A DNA stretch of 64,000 nt from assembly GCA_963664405.1 (NCBI GenBank), contig OY761158.1, positions 6,048,001 through 6,112,000 on the forward strand, given 5' to 3'. This stretch comes from Thermoanaerobaculia bacterium (GTDB lineage Bacteria > Acidobacteriota > Thermoanaerobaculia > Multivoradales > Multivoraceae). A model generated the notes under the pieces. That model had not been told where the DNA came from. It was given only the letters and a program-made list of their open reading frames with translations, and searched no databases. This document shows positions 9,025 through 20,681 of this stretch, piece after piece. Position numbers and translations under genes: made by a program. The first letter of the stretch is position 1, and each line of letters starts with the position of its first letter.

Positions 9025-9828
9025 TCAAGGCTGGTCTAGGTGGTCGAGCTCGCGGGCAAGCTCTTTCGCCTCGATGAAGCCTACGTGGCGAAAGAGCTCT
9101 TCGCCCTTGGGCGCCAGGACGACGATTGTGGGCAGGCCGAGTGCTTCGTAGTAGTTGGCCGCGACAGGATGTTCGTCGGTGTCGATTCGAAGGAACACAT
9201 TTCGTCCCAGGAACTCTTGAATCCCCACCTCGGAGATGGTTCGCTCTTCGAGCACTTTGCACGGGGCACACCACTCGGCCCAGAAGTCGAGAAAAAGGAG
9301 CTTTCCTTCGCGCTCTGCGGTGGCCAGCGCGACGGATATCGGCGGCGGAACCGGGCCGCTTCTCTGTTTCGCCTGCGCACTGTCTCCAGACGGAACGATC
9401 TCGGGCTCGAAGTCGAGCTCCGTGATTGCTTCCAGCATCTCAGTGGGTGCCACCTCGCCCGGGTCGTATCCCACCGTGAAGAGATCGGTGTCCAGATCGA
9501 CTCGGACTGCTTCGACTCCTGCGAGCCCTTCCAGGGCCGCTTCCACGCTGTCGGGTCAGCCCATTCACGTGGCGCCGCTGCGACTCTTCATCATGCCCCG
9601 CACGACGATGCGAACGGTCTCGCTCGAATCCTCTGGGCTCCCGCCGCGCCGGATGGGAATGTCGAGGACGATTCTGCCGCCGAGATCCTCCTGGGCGGCG
9701 GCCGTTTCCCGGTGGTCGACTGCGAGGAGTAGGAAGGCCACGACCGTGGCCGCGACTAAGGGCTTGTAGCGATACTGCACGGATCGGCTCGTCTTCTTTT
9801 CCGCTATCTCCAAGAAGGCTCCCCACAT
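9025..9828 (-). CDS. Candidate selenoprotein: signal peptide + HMA domain with UxxU + thioredoxin domain (WCAPC)
   Basis: In-frame join of ORFs 9565-9828 and 9025-9546 through TGA 9565-9567 and TGA 9556-9558 at the HMA CxxC positions; start may be GTG 9780. Confidence 0.8.
9521..9540 (-). promoter_or_regulatory. Candidate bacterial SECIS hairpin
   Basis: GCG-GCCCU-GGA-AGGGC-U-CGC, G-starting apical loop 23 and 32 nt after the two UGAs. Confidence 0.55.
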
Positions 9829-9830
9829 AA

Positions 9831-9849
9831 TATCCCCTACGGGGGGATA
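9831..9849. promoter_or_regulatory. CsoR-type operator
   Basis: TATCCCC-TACGG-GGGGATA inverted repeat with C/G tracts directly upstream of the csoR-containing operon. Confidence 0.8.
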
Positions 9850-9937
9850 CGGATGAAGGTTACAGACGGATTGGGAATCCCGCCCCTCCTCTTCTACAAT
9901 TACGCCTCATGGAGCTCAGCCCCAGCCCGATCACCCC

Positions 9938-10336
9938 ATGAGCCGACCCCTCGATGCAGGCGCCGCAGCCGAGGTCGCCCGGCAACATCGTATGGCGGAC
10001 AGCGTCGGGGTGCCCGTCGCGCGCCGCCACATCTTTCTCTGCGCCGATCAGACCAAGCCGCAGTGTTGCGAGAAAGAAAGGGGCCTCGAGGCTTGGAGCT
10101 ATCTCAAAAGGCGTCTCCGTGAGCTCGGCCTCTCCGAGGCCGGTGGCGTACTGCGAACGAAAGCGAACTGCCTGCGCATCTGCGAAGGCGGGCCGGTCGC
10201 TGTCGTCTACCCGGAAGGCACCTGGTATCGGCGATGCGATCCGCCCGTGCTCGAGCGCATCATCCAGGAGCATCTCCTCGGCGGCCGAGTGGTCGAGGAC
10301 TACCTGATCGTAGATCGCCCCCTCGACCCCTCTTAG
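9938..10336 (+). CDS. Thioredoxin-like [2Fe-2S] ferredoxin
   Basis: HIFLC...CC...[23 protein letters not shown]. Confidence 0.9.
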   Translation: MSRPLDAGAAAEVARQHRMADSVGVPVARRHIFLCADQTKPQCCEKERGLEAWSYLKRRLRELGLSEAGGVLRTKANCLRICEGGPVAVVYPEGTWYRRCDPPVLERIIQEHLLGGRVVEDYLIVDRPLDPS

Positions 10337-10361
10337 CTCAGCGCTGAAGTCTGGCAACACG

Positions 10362-13169
10362 ATGAGCGACGAAGGCGCGGTCCGGGTCGTCAAGGCGACG
10401 ACGCACAACCTCAAGGCTATCGACTGCCGCGTACCCCACCGCAAGGTTACGGTAGTGACCGGGCCTTCGGGCGCGGGCAAGTCGTCACTGGCCTTCGACA
10501 CTATCTACGCGGAGGCACAGCGGCGCTTCATCCAGTCGATGTCGACCTACGCTCGCCAGTTTCTCGAGCAGATGGAACGCCCACCGGTCGAGGAGATCGA
10601 AGGCATCCTGCCCGCGGTAGCCCTCGTTGCAAAAAACTCGGTGAAGAACGCCCGCTCGACGGTCGGCACCATCAGCGAGGTCTACGATGTGCTTCGGCTT
10701 GTCTTTGCCCACCTCGGCAAGGTCGAGTGCTCCCAGGGCCATGGCCCGATGTCTTCCTCGACCGCAGGGGAGGCGGCCGAGAGTCTGATCTCCACTGCCG
10801 ACGACGTGCAGCTGACCGTTTTGGCGCCCCTCCCCCGACCCGCAGAGGGCGCCGATCGCATGCTCCAGGAGCTCATCCGTCAAGGCTTCTTTCGTATCCT
10901 GAGAGACGGGGCGACCGAGCGTTGGGAGGCCGGGGCCGATTGGCCAGAGGCGCTCGATCCCCTGCCGCTGGTTCTCGGCCGTTTTCGCGCCCACATCCAG
11001 GCCCGTTCGCGCCTCACTGCGGCGATCGAGGAGGCCTACCGTCTCACTGGCGGCCAGGTAGAGATCCAGGGAAGCAGCCTCCTGCACTTCGGGCGACGAC
11101 TCACCTGCACAACCTGCGGCGAGACCTCGGCGCGGCCCCAACCCGCTCTCTTTTCATTCAACTCTCCGCTCGGTGCCTGCCCGGCCTGTCAGGGTTTCGG
11201 TCGCATCATCGGCATCGATCGCGCGCGCATTATTCCCGATCCGCGAAAAACTCTGCGGCAGAAACCGATCGCCCCCTGGAACAGCCCGGCCTATGAGAAG
11301 CACTACGGCGGTCTGTGGAAGGCGTGCAAGGAGCACGGCGTGCCGCTGAATCGACCCTTCGAGGAGTTGAGCGACGAGGCTCTCGATCTGGTCTGGCGAG
11401 GTCGCGGCTTCGTCAATATCGAGCGCTTCTTTGCCTGGCTCGAACGGCGTAACTACAAAGTGCATGTCCGCGTGCTCTTGTCTCGCTACCGAGCCTACGA
11501 AGAGTGTCGTCGCTGCCAAGGCCGCCGACTACGGCCCGAGTCGCTGAGAGTGCTCCTCAAGGGCCGAAACGTTTCGGAGCTGGTCCAAAAGAGTGTCGAG
11601 GACCTGCGATCCTGGCTCTCCGATCAGAGTTGGGAGGGGTGGGAACGCGAGCTCGCCGAGCATCTCCTTGGCGAGCTCCAAGGGCGCCTCGAAACTCTCC
11701 ATCGAGTAGGTCTCGACTATCTCGCCCTCGATCGGCAGGCCCGCACCCTTTCCGGAGGTGAGACTCAGCGTATCCAGCTAGCCTCGGCGCTCGGTACCGG
11801 CCTGACCAACACCCTCTACGTGCTCGACGAGCCCACTATCGGCCTCCACCCCCGAGACTCGCAGCGCCTGGTCGATCTGCTCAAGAACCTGGCGAGCCAA
11901 GGGAACACGGTCCTGGTGGTAGAGCACGACCGTACGATCATCGAAGGAGCCGATCACGTCATCGACCTGGGGCCCCGAGCTGGCGAGCACGGGGGGGAGG
12001 TGGTGGCCGAGGGCTCTTTCGATGAGGTGATCGAGAGCGAGACCTCTTTGACGGCGGCTTACTTCCGAAAAGGCTTGCACCAATACTCCGCAGAAAACGG
12101 CGAGGCCGGATCCGCGTCAGCGCTCCTAGAGGGCTCTAGACGTGTCGAGGAGCTCCCGAAGATCGGCATCCGCGGTGCTCGCGAGAACAATCTGCGGAAC
12201 TTCGACGTGGAATTCCCCTTGGGTTGTCTGGTCGTCGTGACTGGAGTCTCGGGCTCGGGTAAGTCCACCCTCGTGCAACAGGTTCTCCACGGAACTTTTC
12301 AGCGCTCCCAAGGCGTTGTCGATGTGGAGCCGGGGCGCTGCGACGAGTTGGTGGGAGTCGAGGCCCTTGCCGACATCGTGCTCGTGGATCAGCGACCTCT
12401 CGGTCGCTCGAGCCGTTCAAACCCAGTCACCTACATCAAGGCCTACGACGACATTCGAAAGCTCTTCGCTGCTACTGCCAGGGCGAAGCGCGAAGGGATT
12501 ACCGCAGCGCATTTCTCGTTCAACCTCGATCGGGGGCGTTGTCCCGAATGTGAGGGCACCGGCTTGCAGGAAGTCGACATGCAGTTCATGGCTTCGGTGC
12601 TAGTGACTTGCGACCGTTGTCAGGGCCGTCGCTTCCGACCGGAGATTCTCAGCATCATCTTTGATGGTCGCAATATTGACGAAGTTCTAGAGCTCACGGT
12701 CGAGCAAGGGCTCGACTTCTTCGCCGGCCACACCCGGCTGTGTCGAAGGCTTCAGTCGCTTCAGGATGTCGGTCTCGGCTACCTCCGTCTAGGCCAGCAG
12801 ACAGCGACTCTCTCCGGCGGAGAGGCCCAGCGCCTGAAGCTCGCAACCTTCTTGCAGGCGCCGGGCAGGCGGTCGCGCTCAGAACCCCGTCTTTTCATCT
12901 TCGACGAGCCTACGACCGGACTCCATATGTGTGACATCGATCTTCTTCATCAGACACTGCGCCGCCTGCTCGAGGCGGGGCACGGAGTGGTGGTCGTCGA
13001 GCACAGCCTCGACCTCATCGCGCGTGCCGACTGGATCGTCGACCTTGGTCCCGGCGGCGGCGAGCACGGCGGCCACCTTCTCTTTTCGGGACCGATGATG
13101 GCGTTTCTCGAAACTGCGGACGGCCCGACGGCATCCGAGCTGCGACGTGCCCTCGATCCTGCCTCGTGA
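10362..13169 (+). CDS. uvrA: Excinuclease ABC subunit A (UvrA family)
   Basis: Two ABC ATPase modules (GPSGAGKSS, LSGGE, GVSGSGKST), zinc fingers, FSFNSP.GAC. Confidence 0.95.
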   Translation: MSDEGAVRVVKATTHNLKAIDCRVPHRKVTVVTGPSGAGKSSLAFDTIYAEAQRRFIQSMSTYARQFLEQMERPPVEEIEGILPAVALVAKNSVKNARSTVGTISEVYDVLRLVFAHLGKVECSQGHGPMSSSTAGEAAESLISTADDVQLTVLAPLPRPAEGADRMLQELIRQGFFRILRDGATERWEAGADWPEALDPLPLVLGRFRAHIQARSRLTAAIEEAYRLTGGQVEIQGSSLLHFGRRLTCTTCGETSARPQPALFSFNSPLGACPACQGFGRIIGIDRARIIPDPRKTLRQKPIAPWNSPAYEKHYGGLWKACKEHGVPLNRPFEELSDEALDLVWRGRGFVNIERFFAWLERRNYKVHVRVLLSRYRAYEECRRCQGRRLRPESLRVLLKGRNVSELVQKSVEDLRSWLSDQSWEGWERELAEHLLGELQGRLETLHRVGLDYLALDRQARTLSGGETQRIQLASALGTGLTNTLYVLDEPTIGLHPRDSQRLVDLLKNLASQGNTVLVVEHDRTIIEGADHVIDLGPRAGEHGGEVVAEGSFDEVIESETSLTAAYFRKGLHQYSAENGEAGSASALLEGSRRVEELPKIGIRGARENNLRNFDVEFPLGCLVVVTGVSGSGKSTLVQQVLHGTFQRSQGVVDVEPGRCDELVGVEALADIVLVDQRPLGRSSRSNPVTYIKAYDDIRKLFAATARAKREGITAAHFSFNLDRGRCPECEGTGLQEVDMQFMASVLVTCDRCQGRRFRPEILSIIFDGRNIDEVLELTVEQGLDFFAGHTRLCRRLQSLQDVGLGYLRLGQQTATLSGGEAQRLKLATFLQAPGRRSRSEPRLFIFDEPTTGLHMCDIDLLHQTLRRLLEAGHGVVVVEHSLDLIARADWIVDLGPGGGEHGGHLLFSGPMMAFLETADGPTASELRRALDPAS

Positions 13170-13229
13170 TCCTCATGGTAGAATTTACGCCTCTACAGCG
13201 TCCCCACCGCCGGGAAACCGTATCCGCAC

Positions 13230-15501
<2,272 letters not shown>

Positions 15502-15507
15502 TCGCAT

Positions 15508-16353
15508 ATGGACGAAACTTCCTCGAGTCTGGTCTTCGGCGGGCACCAGAAGTTCTTCACCCACGCCTCCGAGGTGCTCGGGTGCGACATGAACTTCGCG
15601 GTCTTCCTACCCCCCGCGGCGCAGAACCTCGAGTGCCCGGTGCTCTACTGGCTCAGTGGCTTGACCTGCACCGAGCAGAATTTCGTTACCAAGGCCGGTG
15701 CGCAGAGGTATGCCGCCGAGCAGGGGCTCATCATCGTCGTTCCGGATACCAGCCCACGTGGCAGTCAGGTTCCCGACATCGACGACCCCTACCTGGGCTG
15801 TGGCGCCAGCTTCTACATCAATGCCACTCAGCCTCCCTGGTCTGACTACTACCTCATGCACGAGTACTTGGTGAAGGAGCTCACAGGTCTGGTTGAAGGC
15901 AGCTTTCCCGTCGCAAAGGACCGCAAGGGAGCGATGCGGGGAATCAGCGGGCATTCGATGGGCGGCCATGCCGCGATCATGATTGCGCTGCGCAACCCGG
16001 GTCGCTATCGCTCGTTGTCCGCTTTTGCTCCGATTTCATCTCCCTCGAATAGCCCGTGGGGGGAGGCCGCCTACTTGCACTACCTGGGGGAGGATCGCGA
16101 GAGCTGGAAGAGCTGGGACGCTTCGTTTCTGGTCAAGGATGCGACCGAGAAGTTACCCATCCTCATCGACCAGGGCGAGGAAGACCCCTTTCTGCTCGAC
16201 CAACTCAAGCCCACCGTCTTCCAGAAGGCCTGCGCTACCGTAGATCACCCTCTACGGCTGCGAATACACGAGGGCTATGACCACAGCTACTTCTTTGTCG
16301 CCAGCTTCATCAAAGAGCACATCGAATACCACGCCGCGGCGCTGGCCGGGTAG
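15508..16353 (+). CDS. fghA: S-formylglutathione hydrolase
   Basis: LYWLSGLTCTEQNF, GHSMGG, GYDHSYFF. Confidence 0.95.
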   Translation: MDETSSSLVFGGHQKFFTHASEVLGCDMNFAVFLPPAAQNLECPVLYWLSGLTCTEQNFVTKAGAQRYAAEQGLIIVVPDTSPRGSQVPDIDDPYLGCGASFYINATQPPWSDYYLMHEYLVKELTGLVEGSFPVAKDRKGAMRGISGHSMGGHAAIMIALRNPGRYRSLSAFAPISSPSNSPWGEAAYLHYLGEDRESWKSWDASFLVKDATEKLPILIDQGEEDPFLLDQLKPTVFQKACATVDHPLRLRIHEGYDHSYFFVASFIKEHIEYHAAALAG

Positions 16354-16405
16354 CTCTACCCAGAAGCGGACCCTGACCCGAACTCACACCGAGGAGATTG
16401 CCTCA

Positions 16406-17866
16406 ATGCTCAGAACCAAGTTCCTACCCGCGGTTTCGATCAGCCTGACAGCGCTGCTAGCTCTCCTCGCAGCGGTGCCGGTCGCCTCGCTCGAGACCGA
16501 CAACTGGCCTTCTTTCCGCGGTGGGGATGCCCTTTCCATCGCCGACGATAATCCCGGGCTTCCGATGACCTGGAGCACGACCGAGAACGTTGCCTGGAAA
16601 ACTCCGATCGAGGGCCTCGGCTGGTCGTCACCCGTAGTCTGGGGCAACCGAATCTTCGTCACCACAGTCGCCAGCGAAGGCGAGATCGAAGAGCCACGGA
16701 TGGGCCTTTACTTTCCCTACGGCTCTCCCGAGTCGGGAGGAGCCCCAGTCAAGGAGGGTGTTCTGAAGAAGCGCGACCGCGATGTCCATCACTGGCTGGT
16801 CTATGCCATCGATTTCGACAGCGGCGATGTGCTTTGGAAGACCGACGTCAACGCCGAGTCGCCCGGCTTCGATCGCCATCTCAAGAATACCTACGCCTCC
16901 GAGACACCGGTGACCGACGGCGAGCGCATCTATGCCTACTTCGGCAACGTGGGTGTCTTCGCCCTCGACATGAACGGCAAGCCGGTCTGGGAGAGGCGCT
17001 TCGAGGCGCGCGCAACGCGGCTCAGCTGGGGTACCGCGGCGTCGCCCGTGCTCCACGAGGACAAGCTCTTCATCGTCAATGACAACGACGATCAGTCGTA
17101 CGTCCTCGCCCTCGATAGCAAGACGGGGAAGGAGCTGTGGAGGGCGAATCGCGAAGAAGGGACGAACTGGGCGACTCCCTTCGTCTGGAAGAACGAGAAA
17201 CGAACGGAGCTGATCACCGCCGGCACAGACGAGGTCCGCGCCTACGGCCTCGACGGCAACCAGCTCTGGCACTTCCGTGGCATGAACTCGATCTCGATTC
17301 CGCAGCCCTTCAGCGAGCATGGTCTGCTCTACGTCACCTCCGGATATGTCGGCGACAAGGTCAAGCCGGTGTACGCGATCCGTCCTGGCGCCAGCGGTGA
17401 CCTGACTTTGAAAGAGGGGCAACAGAGCAGCGAGTTCATCGTCTGGTATCAAGATGGCGCTGGGCCCTACCACCCGACGCCGTTGGTCTACGGCGACTAC
17501 TACTTCACGCTCCTCGATCGTGGCTTCTTCACCGTTCACGACGCCAAGACCGGTGAAGAGCTCTACTTCACCGACGATCAGAAGGAGACCAAGCAGGTTC
17601 GCCAGCGCGTTTCCCGCGGCTCCGGAGGCTTCACCGCGTCGCCGTGGGCCTACAACGGCAAGATCTTCATGCTCAGTGAGAGCGGTGACACCTATGTGGT
17701 CGACACCAAGGATGACTTCAAGGTCGTCGGCACCAATTCGCTGGAGGAGGTCGCGATGTCGACTCCGGCGATGGCGAGGGGGAGCTTGTTCATCCGCACC
17801 CGATCGCATCTGTGGCGTCTCACCGAAGGTGGCGGCTCCGGCGCAGCCGCGCGTACAGGACGCTAG
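16406..17866 (+). CDS. Secreted PQQ-binding-like beta-propeller protein
   Basis: Signal peptide, NWPSFRG, GWSSPVVWG, tryptophan-docking repeats. Confidence 0.85.
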   Translation: MLRTKFLPAVSISLTALLALLAAVPVASLETDNWPSFRGGDALSIADDNPGLPMTWSTTENVAWKTPIEGLGWSSPVVWGNRIFVTTVASEGEIEEPRMGLYFPYGSPESGGAPVKEGVLKKRDRDVHHWLVYAIDFDSGDVLWKTDVNAESPGFDRHLKNTYASETPVTDGERIYAYFGNVGVFALDMNGKPVWERRFEARATRLSWGTAASPVLHEDKLFIVNDNDDQSYVLALDSKTGKELWRANREEGTNWATPFVWKNEKRTELITAGTDEVRAYGLDGNQLWHFRGMNSISIPQPFSEHGLLYVTSGYVGDKVKPVYAIRPGASGDLTLKEGQQSSEFIVWYQDGAGPYHPTPLVYGDYYFTLLDRGFFTVHDAKTGEELYFTDDQKETKQVRQRVSRGSGGFTASPWAYNGKIFMLSESGDTYVVDTKDDFKVVGTNSLEEVAMSTPAMARGSLFIRTRSHLWRLTEGGGSGAAARTGR

Positions 17867-18029
17867 TGTCCCGTGCGGGAAGTTCGTTGACCACCGAGAG
17901 CGTCGAGGCGCCCGCTGGGCAAGGCGCTCCGACGCAGGCATATCGGGGACTATGTCGAGGAGGAGCAACGCCGCCCAGAGGGATGCATCGGCGCTCGAAT
18001 GGCAACGCACTTCCCGCACGGGACACTAG
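17863..18029. mobile_element. 167-bp MITE-like element with 21-bp perfect terminal inverted repeats
   Basis: CTAGTGTCCCGTGCGGGAAGT ... ACTTCCCGCACGGGACACTAG. Confidence 0.85.
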
Positions 18030-20647
18030 GGCGTCGACCCGGCCGGAGCCGACATAGAAGGGGACGGCAACCCCACCCAGAATGGGCTCGACCATGCCCG
18101 GCCACCGTCGAGCTGTGTAACCCTCACGTAGTAGTAGTCGCTGTCTCCGGGCTCGCCGAGATCGACCCACTCGAACTCGCGGTCGAAGGGCCCTTCGGGA
18201 TCGAGGACATGGACGGTGACGAGATCGGTATGAACGTCGACGGTCAACGGATGCTCGAGCCGGCCGGCCACGAGGTCAGCGAGATCGAGGCGGATCTCGA
18301 TGGCCGGGATGGTCGCCGGCCGTCGCACGGGTACTTGAGCCGTCCCCCGTTCGACGGTCTCCTCCAGGCGAACCACGAAGCGGGTCGAGGGGCTCGCGCC
18401 GTGCAGTCGTAGCAGGAAGCTGTCGCGCCGGCCCCGAGTATCTATTTTGAACAGCACCCGTTCTGCTCCCGTTCCCTCGAGGCGGACGTAGTCCGAAGGG
18501 ACGTTGTAGAGGCCGGTGGTCGCGACGTACAGGCCCGAGCCCGCGACCTCCACTAGGCTCGCACCTTGCACCTCTAGGCTTCCCTTCCATTGACGAAAGC
18601 CCCGCGGGTTGTCGCGCTCGCCCGCCTGTACGACAGTCGAGGACTCGAAGCCGATTTGAACCCATGCGTCGGAACGCAGCGGAGCTGTCAGATAGTCTCG
18701 GCCATACGCGAGCTCCCCATTGCGTACGACATCGATGCGCTCGATCGGCGACGTGCCGGCAACCCGCACCTTGAGCCGCCGCTCGGCACTCGCCGGTTGG
18801 CGGGTACCCATCGCCGATCCGTTGAGCTCGGCCTCGAGCACGATCCGTTCGCCCGACGTGGCATAGGAGCTCATCGACCTCAGCCCGTCGAAGATCGCCC
18901 CCGGCGTGCGCTCGGGCACCCAGAGTGCCGCCAGACCGTCGGATCCGGGTTTGGCGCGATGATCGTCCGAAGCGCCGACGAAGCCGACCATCCAGCCGTT
19001 GCGAAGGTACTCGTTGCCGAACGACTCGAAGCTTCCATGCGCCGAGTGGATCTCCACCGCGCGCTCGAGATCCGGGTCGCTCTGGGTCCAGTCGCCAGAT
19101 TGATGAGCGTGCGGGATCACGATCACGTCTTCCGGGCGGGAAGTGGCGCGCAGCCCACGATAGAGGTCAGCAAGCTGGGGCGCATCGTGGGACCACACTC
19201 GCTCCTGGTCCGGGTTGCGAAAAAATACGTTGTGGTGTCCGCCGAGGGCGCGCTCCACCGTCCACTCGTATCCCAAGAACGCAACGAAGCTCCCGGACTC
19301 TCTGCTGTCCTGGACCAGGCGTGTGACCGTAGCCCACTCGCCAGCGTCCATGGCCGCGTCATGCTCCGAATAGCCCAGAAAGTCGAGGCGCGCGTCCTCC
19401 TGAGCGAAGCGATAAACCTCCTCGGCAGTCCCTTGCCCCTCCGCGTAGCCTGAGTGGACGTGAGTCTCACCCCACACCAGCCGGGTGTCCCCATCGCGGA
19501 CCAGAATCGGGTTCGCAAGAGCACGGTATCGTCGATCCTCCGAGACGATCTCCAAGCGATGCACGCCGGGCTCCGCGAGGCGCAGGTTCTCGACAACGGT
19601 GAGCGCCGGCCCCCCCGCCTCGATCCGCTGCACTCGCTCGCCGCCGCTGAGAACCTCCCAAGCCGGCAGCGGACCGGTAGCGCGGTTCCCCCAACGATCC
19701 TCCGCCCGCACGGTGATCGAGAACGGCTCTCCTGGCGCGACGACGGAGGGCGCGAACGAGCCTACACCCGCGAGCTCCGCGCCCAACACTTCGAGACCCG
19801 GCCAGCGAGAGCTCAGCAGAAGACCGTCGGCGTCCAGGGCGACGTAGATGGGAAGCAAGAGCTCGGCGGTCGAGTAGGGCTGGATCTCGAGACCAGGCCC
19901 TCCCCCCGAAGTATCACCGTAGGTGACGGTGATGGTTTCGCCATCCTCGAGCGTCGCACCCTCGATCTCGAAGGCCGGGCTCGCCGGGCCGGCACCGTGG
20001 ATCGCATTGAGCGCCGCCTCAGTCTTGTTGAAGCGGGCGCTTGGGCTCGAGGAACGAACGGTGACGAAATTCTTGCCCGTCGGGTCGTCGATCTGGAGGC
20101 GGCCCGGAATCGAGGCCGTTCGCTGCATGCCGAGGGCGACCATGCCACCGGGGCGCATCGGCACCGAGCCGACGGTGTAGACCTGCTCGATGGTGGCGAA
20201 GCTCCCAGCAACCAGGGGCCGGGCGTCCGGGAACGAGAGCGTGCCGACTGCTCGCGGGTCGTCGTCTCTCAGCGAGAGCTCGGCGATGTAGTCGTCGAGG
20301 GTCGAGAGCATGTCCCCGGGCGGCGTCTCCGCCAGCGCGACGATCCGGTGGATCGACGCCACCATTCCGGAGAGCAGAACCGGCAGTGGCCCGCCATCCA
20401 GCGCATAGGCGTTCGCCCAGTCCCAGAGGACGTCACAGCGCTCGAGGGCATTCTCGGCGGAGGTCGGCTGGTCGCGAGCCTGCGCCTTCAAGGCGTCTAC
20501 TCGCGCGCGTAGATCCGGGTCGAGGTAGTCGGTGTCGGCTGGGGATCCGCACCCCAGAACGGCCACCACCGCCACCATGGCGCCGGCATGGAGAGCTCGC
20601 CTCCCAAGACAGGGGCCGGTGAGCGCTTCCTTTAGGTTCAATGTCAT
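18026..20647 (-). CDS. DUF3604 / PHP-like metallohydrolase lipoprotein
   Basis: WGETHVHS, SEHD, GYEWT, GHHNV, GASDDH, AWSSPFWV; lipobox-like LGC; start approximate. Confidence 0.75.
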   Translation of the reverse strand: MTLNLKEALTGPCLGRRALHAGAMVAVVAVLGCGSPADTDYLDPDLRARVDALKAQARDQPTSAENALERCDVLWDWANAYALDGGPLPVLLSGMVASIHRIVALAETPPGDMLSTLDDYIAELSLRDDDPRAVGTLSFPDARPLVAGSFATIEQVYTVGSVPMRPGGMVALGMQRTASIPGRLQIDDPTGKNFVTVRSSSPSARFNKTEAALNAIHGAGPASPAFEIEGATLEDGETITVTYGDTSGGGPGLEIQPYSTAELLLPIYVALDADGLLLSSRWPGLEVLGAELAGVGSFAPSVVAPGEPFSITVRAEDRWGNRATGPLPAWEVLSGGERVQRIEAGGPALTVVENLRLAEPGVHRLEIVSEDRRYRALANPILVRDGDTRLVWGETHVHSGYAEGQGTAEEVYRFAQEDARLDFLGYSEHDAAMDAGEWATVTRLVQDSRESGSFVAFLGYEWTVERALGGHHNVFFRNPDQERVWSHDAPQLADLYRGLRATSRPEDVIVIPHAHQSGDWTQSDPDLERAVEIHSAHGSFESFGNEYLRNGWMVGFVGASDDHRAKPGSDGLAALWVPERTPGAIFDGLRSMSSYATSGERIVLEAELNGSAMGTRQPASAERRLKVRVAGTSPIERIDVVRNGELAYGRDYLTAPLRSDAWVQIGFESSTVVQAGERDNPRGFRQWKGSLEVQGASLVEVAGSGLYVATTGLYNVPSDYVRLEGTGAERVLFKIDTRGRRDSFLLRLHGASPSTRFVVRLEETVERGTAQVPVRRPATIPAIEIRLDLADLVAGRLEHPLTVDVHTDLVTVHVLDPEGPFDREFEWVDLGEPGDSDYYYVRVTQLDGGRAWSSPFWVGLPSPSMSAPAGSTP

Positions 20648-20681
20648 CCAATACCTTCCCGCTCCTTCCGTCGCCGGCGGC

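Noticed and set aside
9025-9546. Treating the 173-aa GTG-start ORF and the 87-aa upstream ORF as separate genes
   Set aside because: The split cuts the HMA fold at its metal-binding loop and the GTG has no evident RBS; read-through explains both halves
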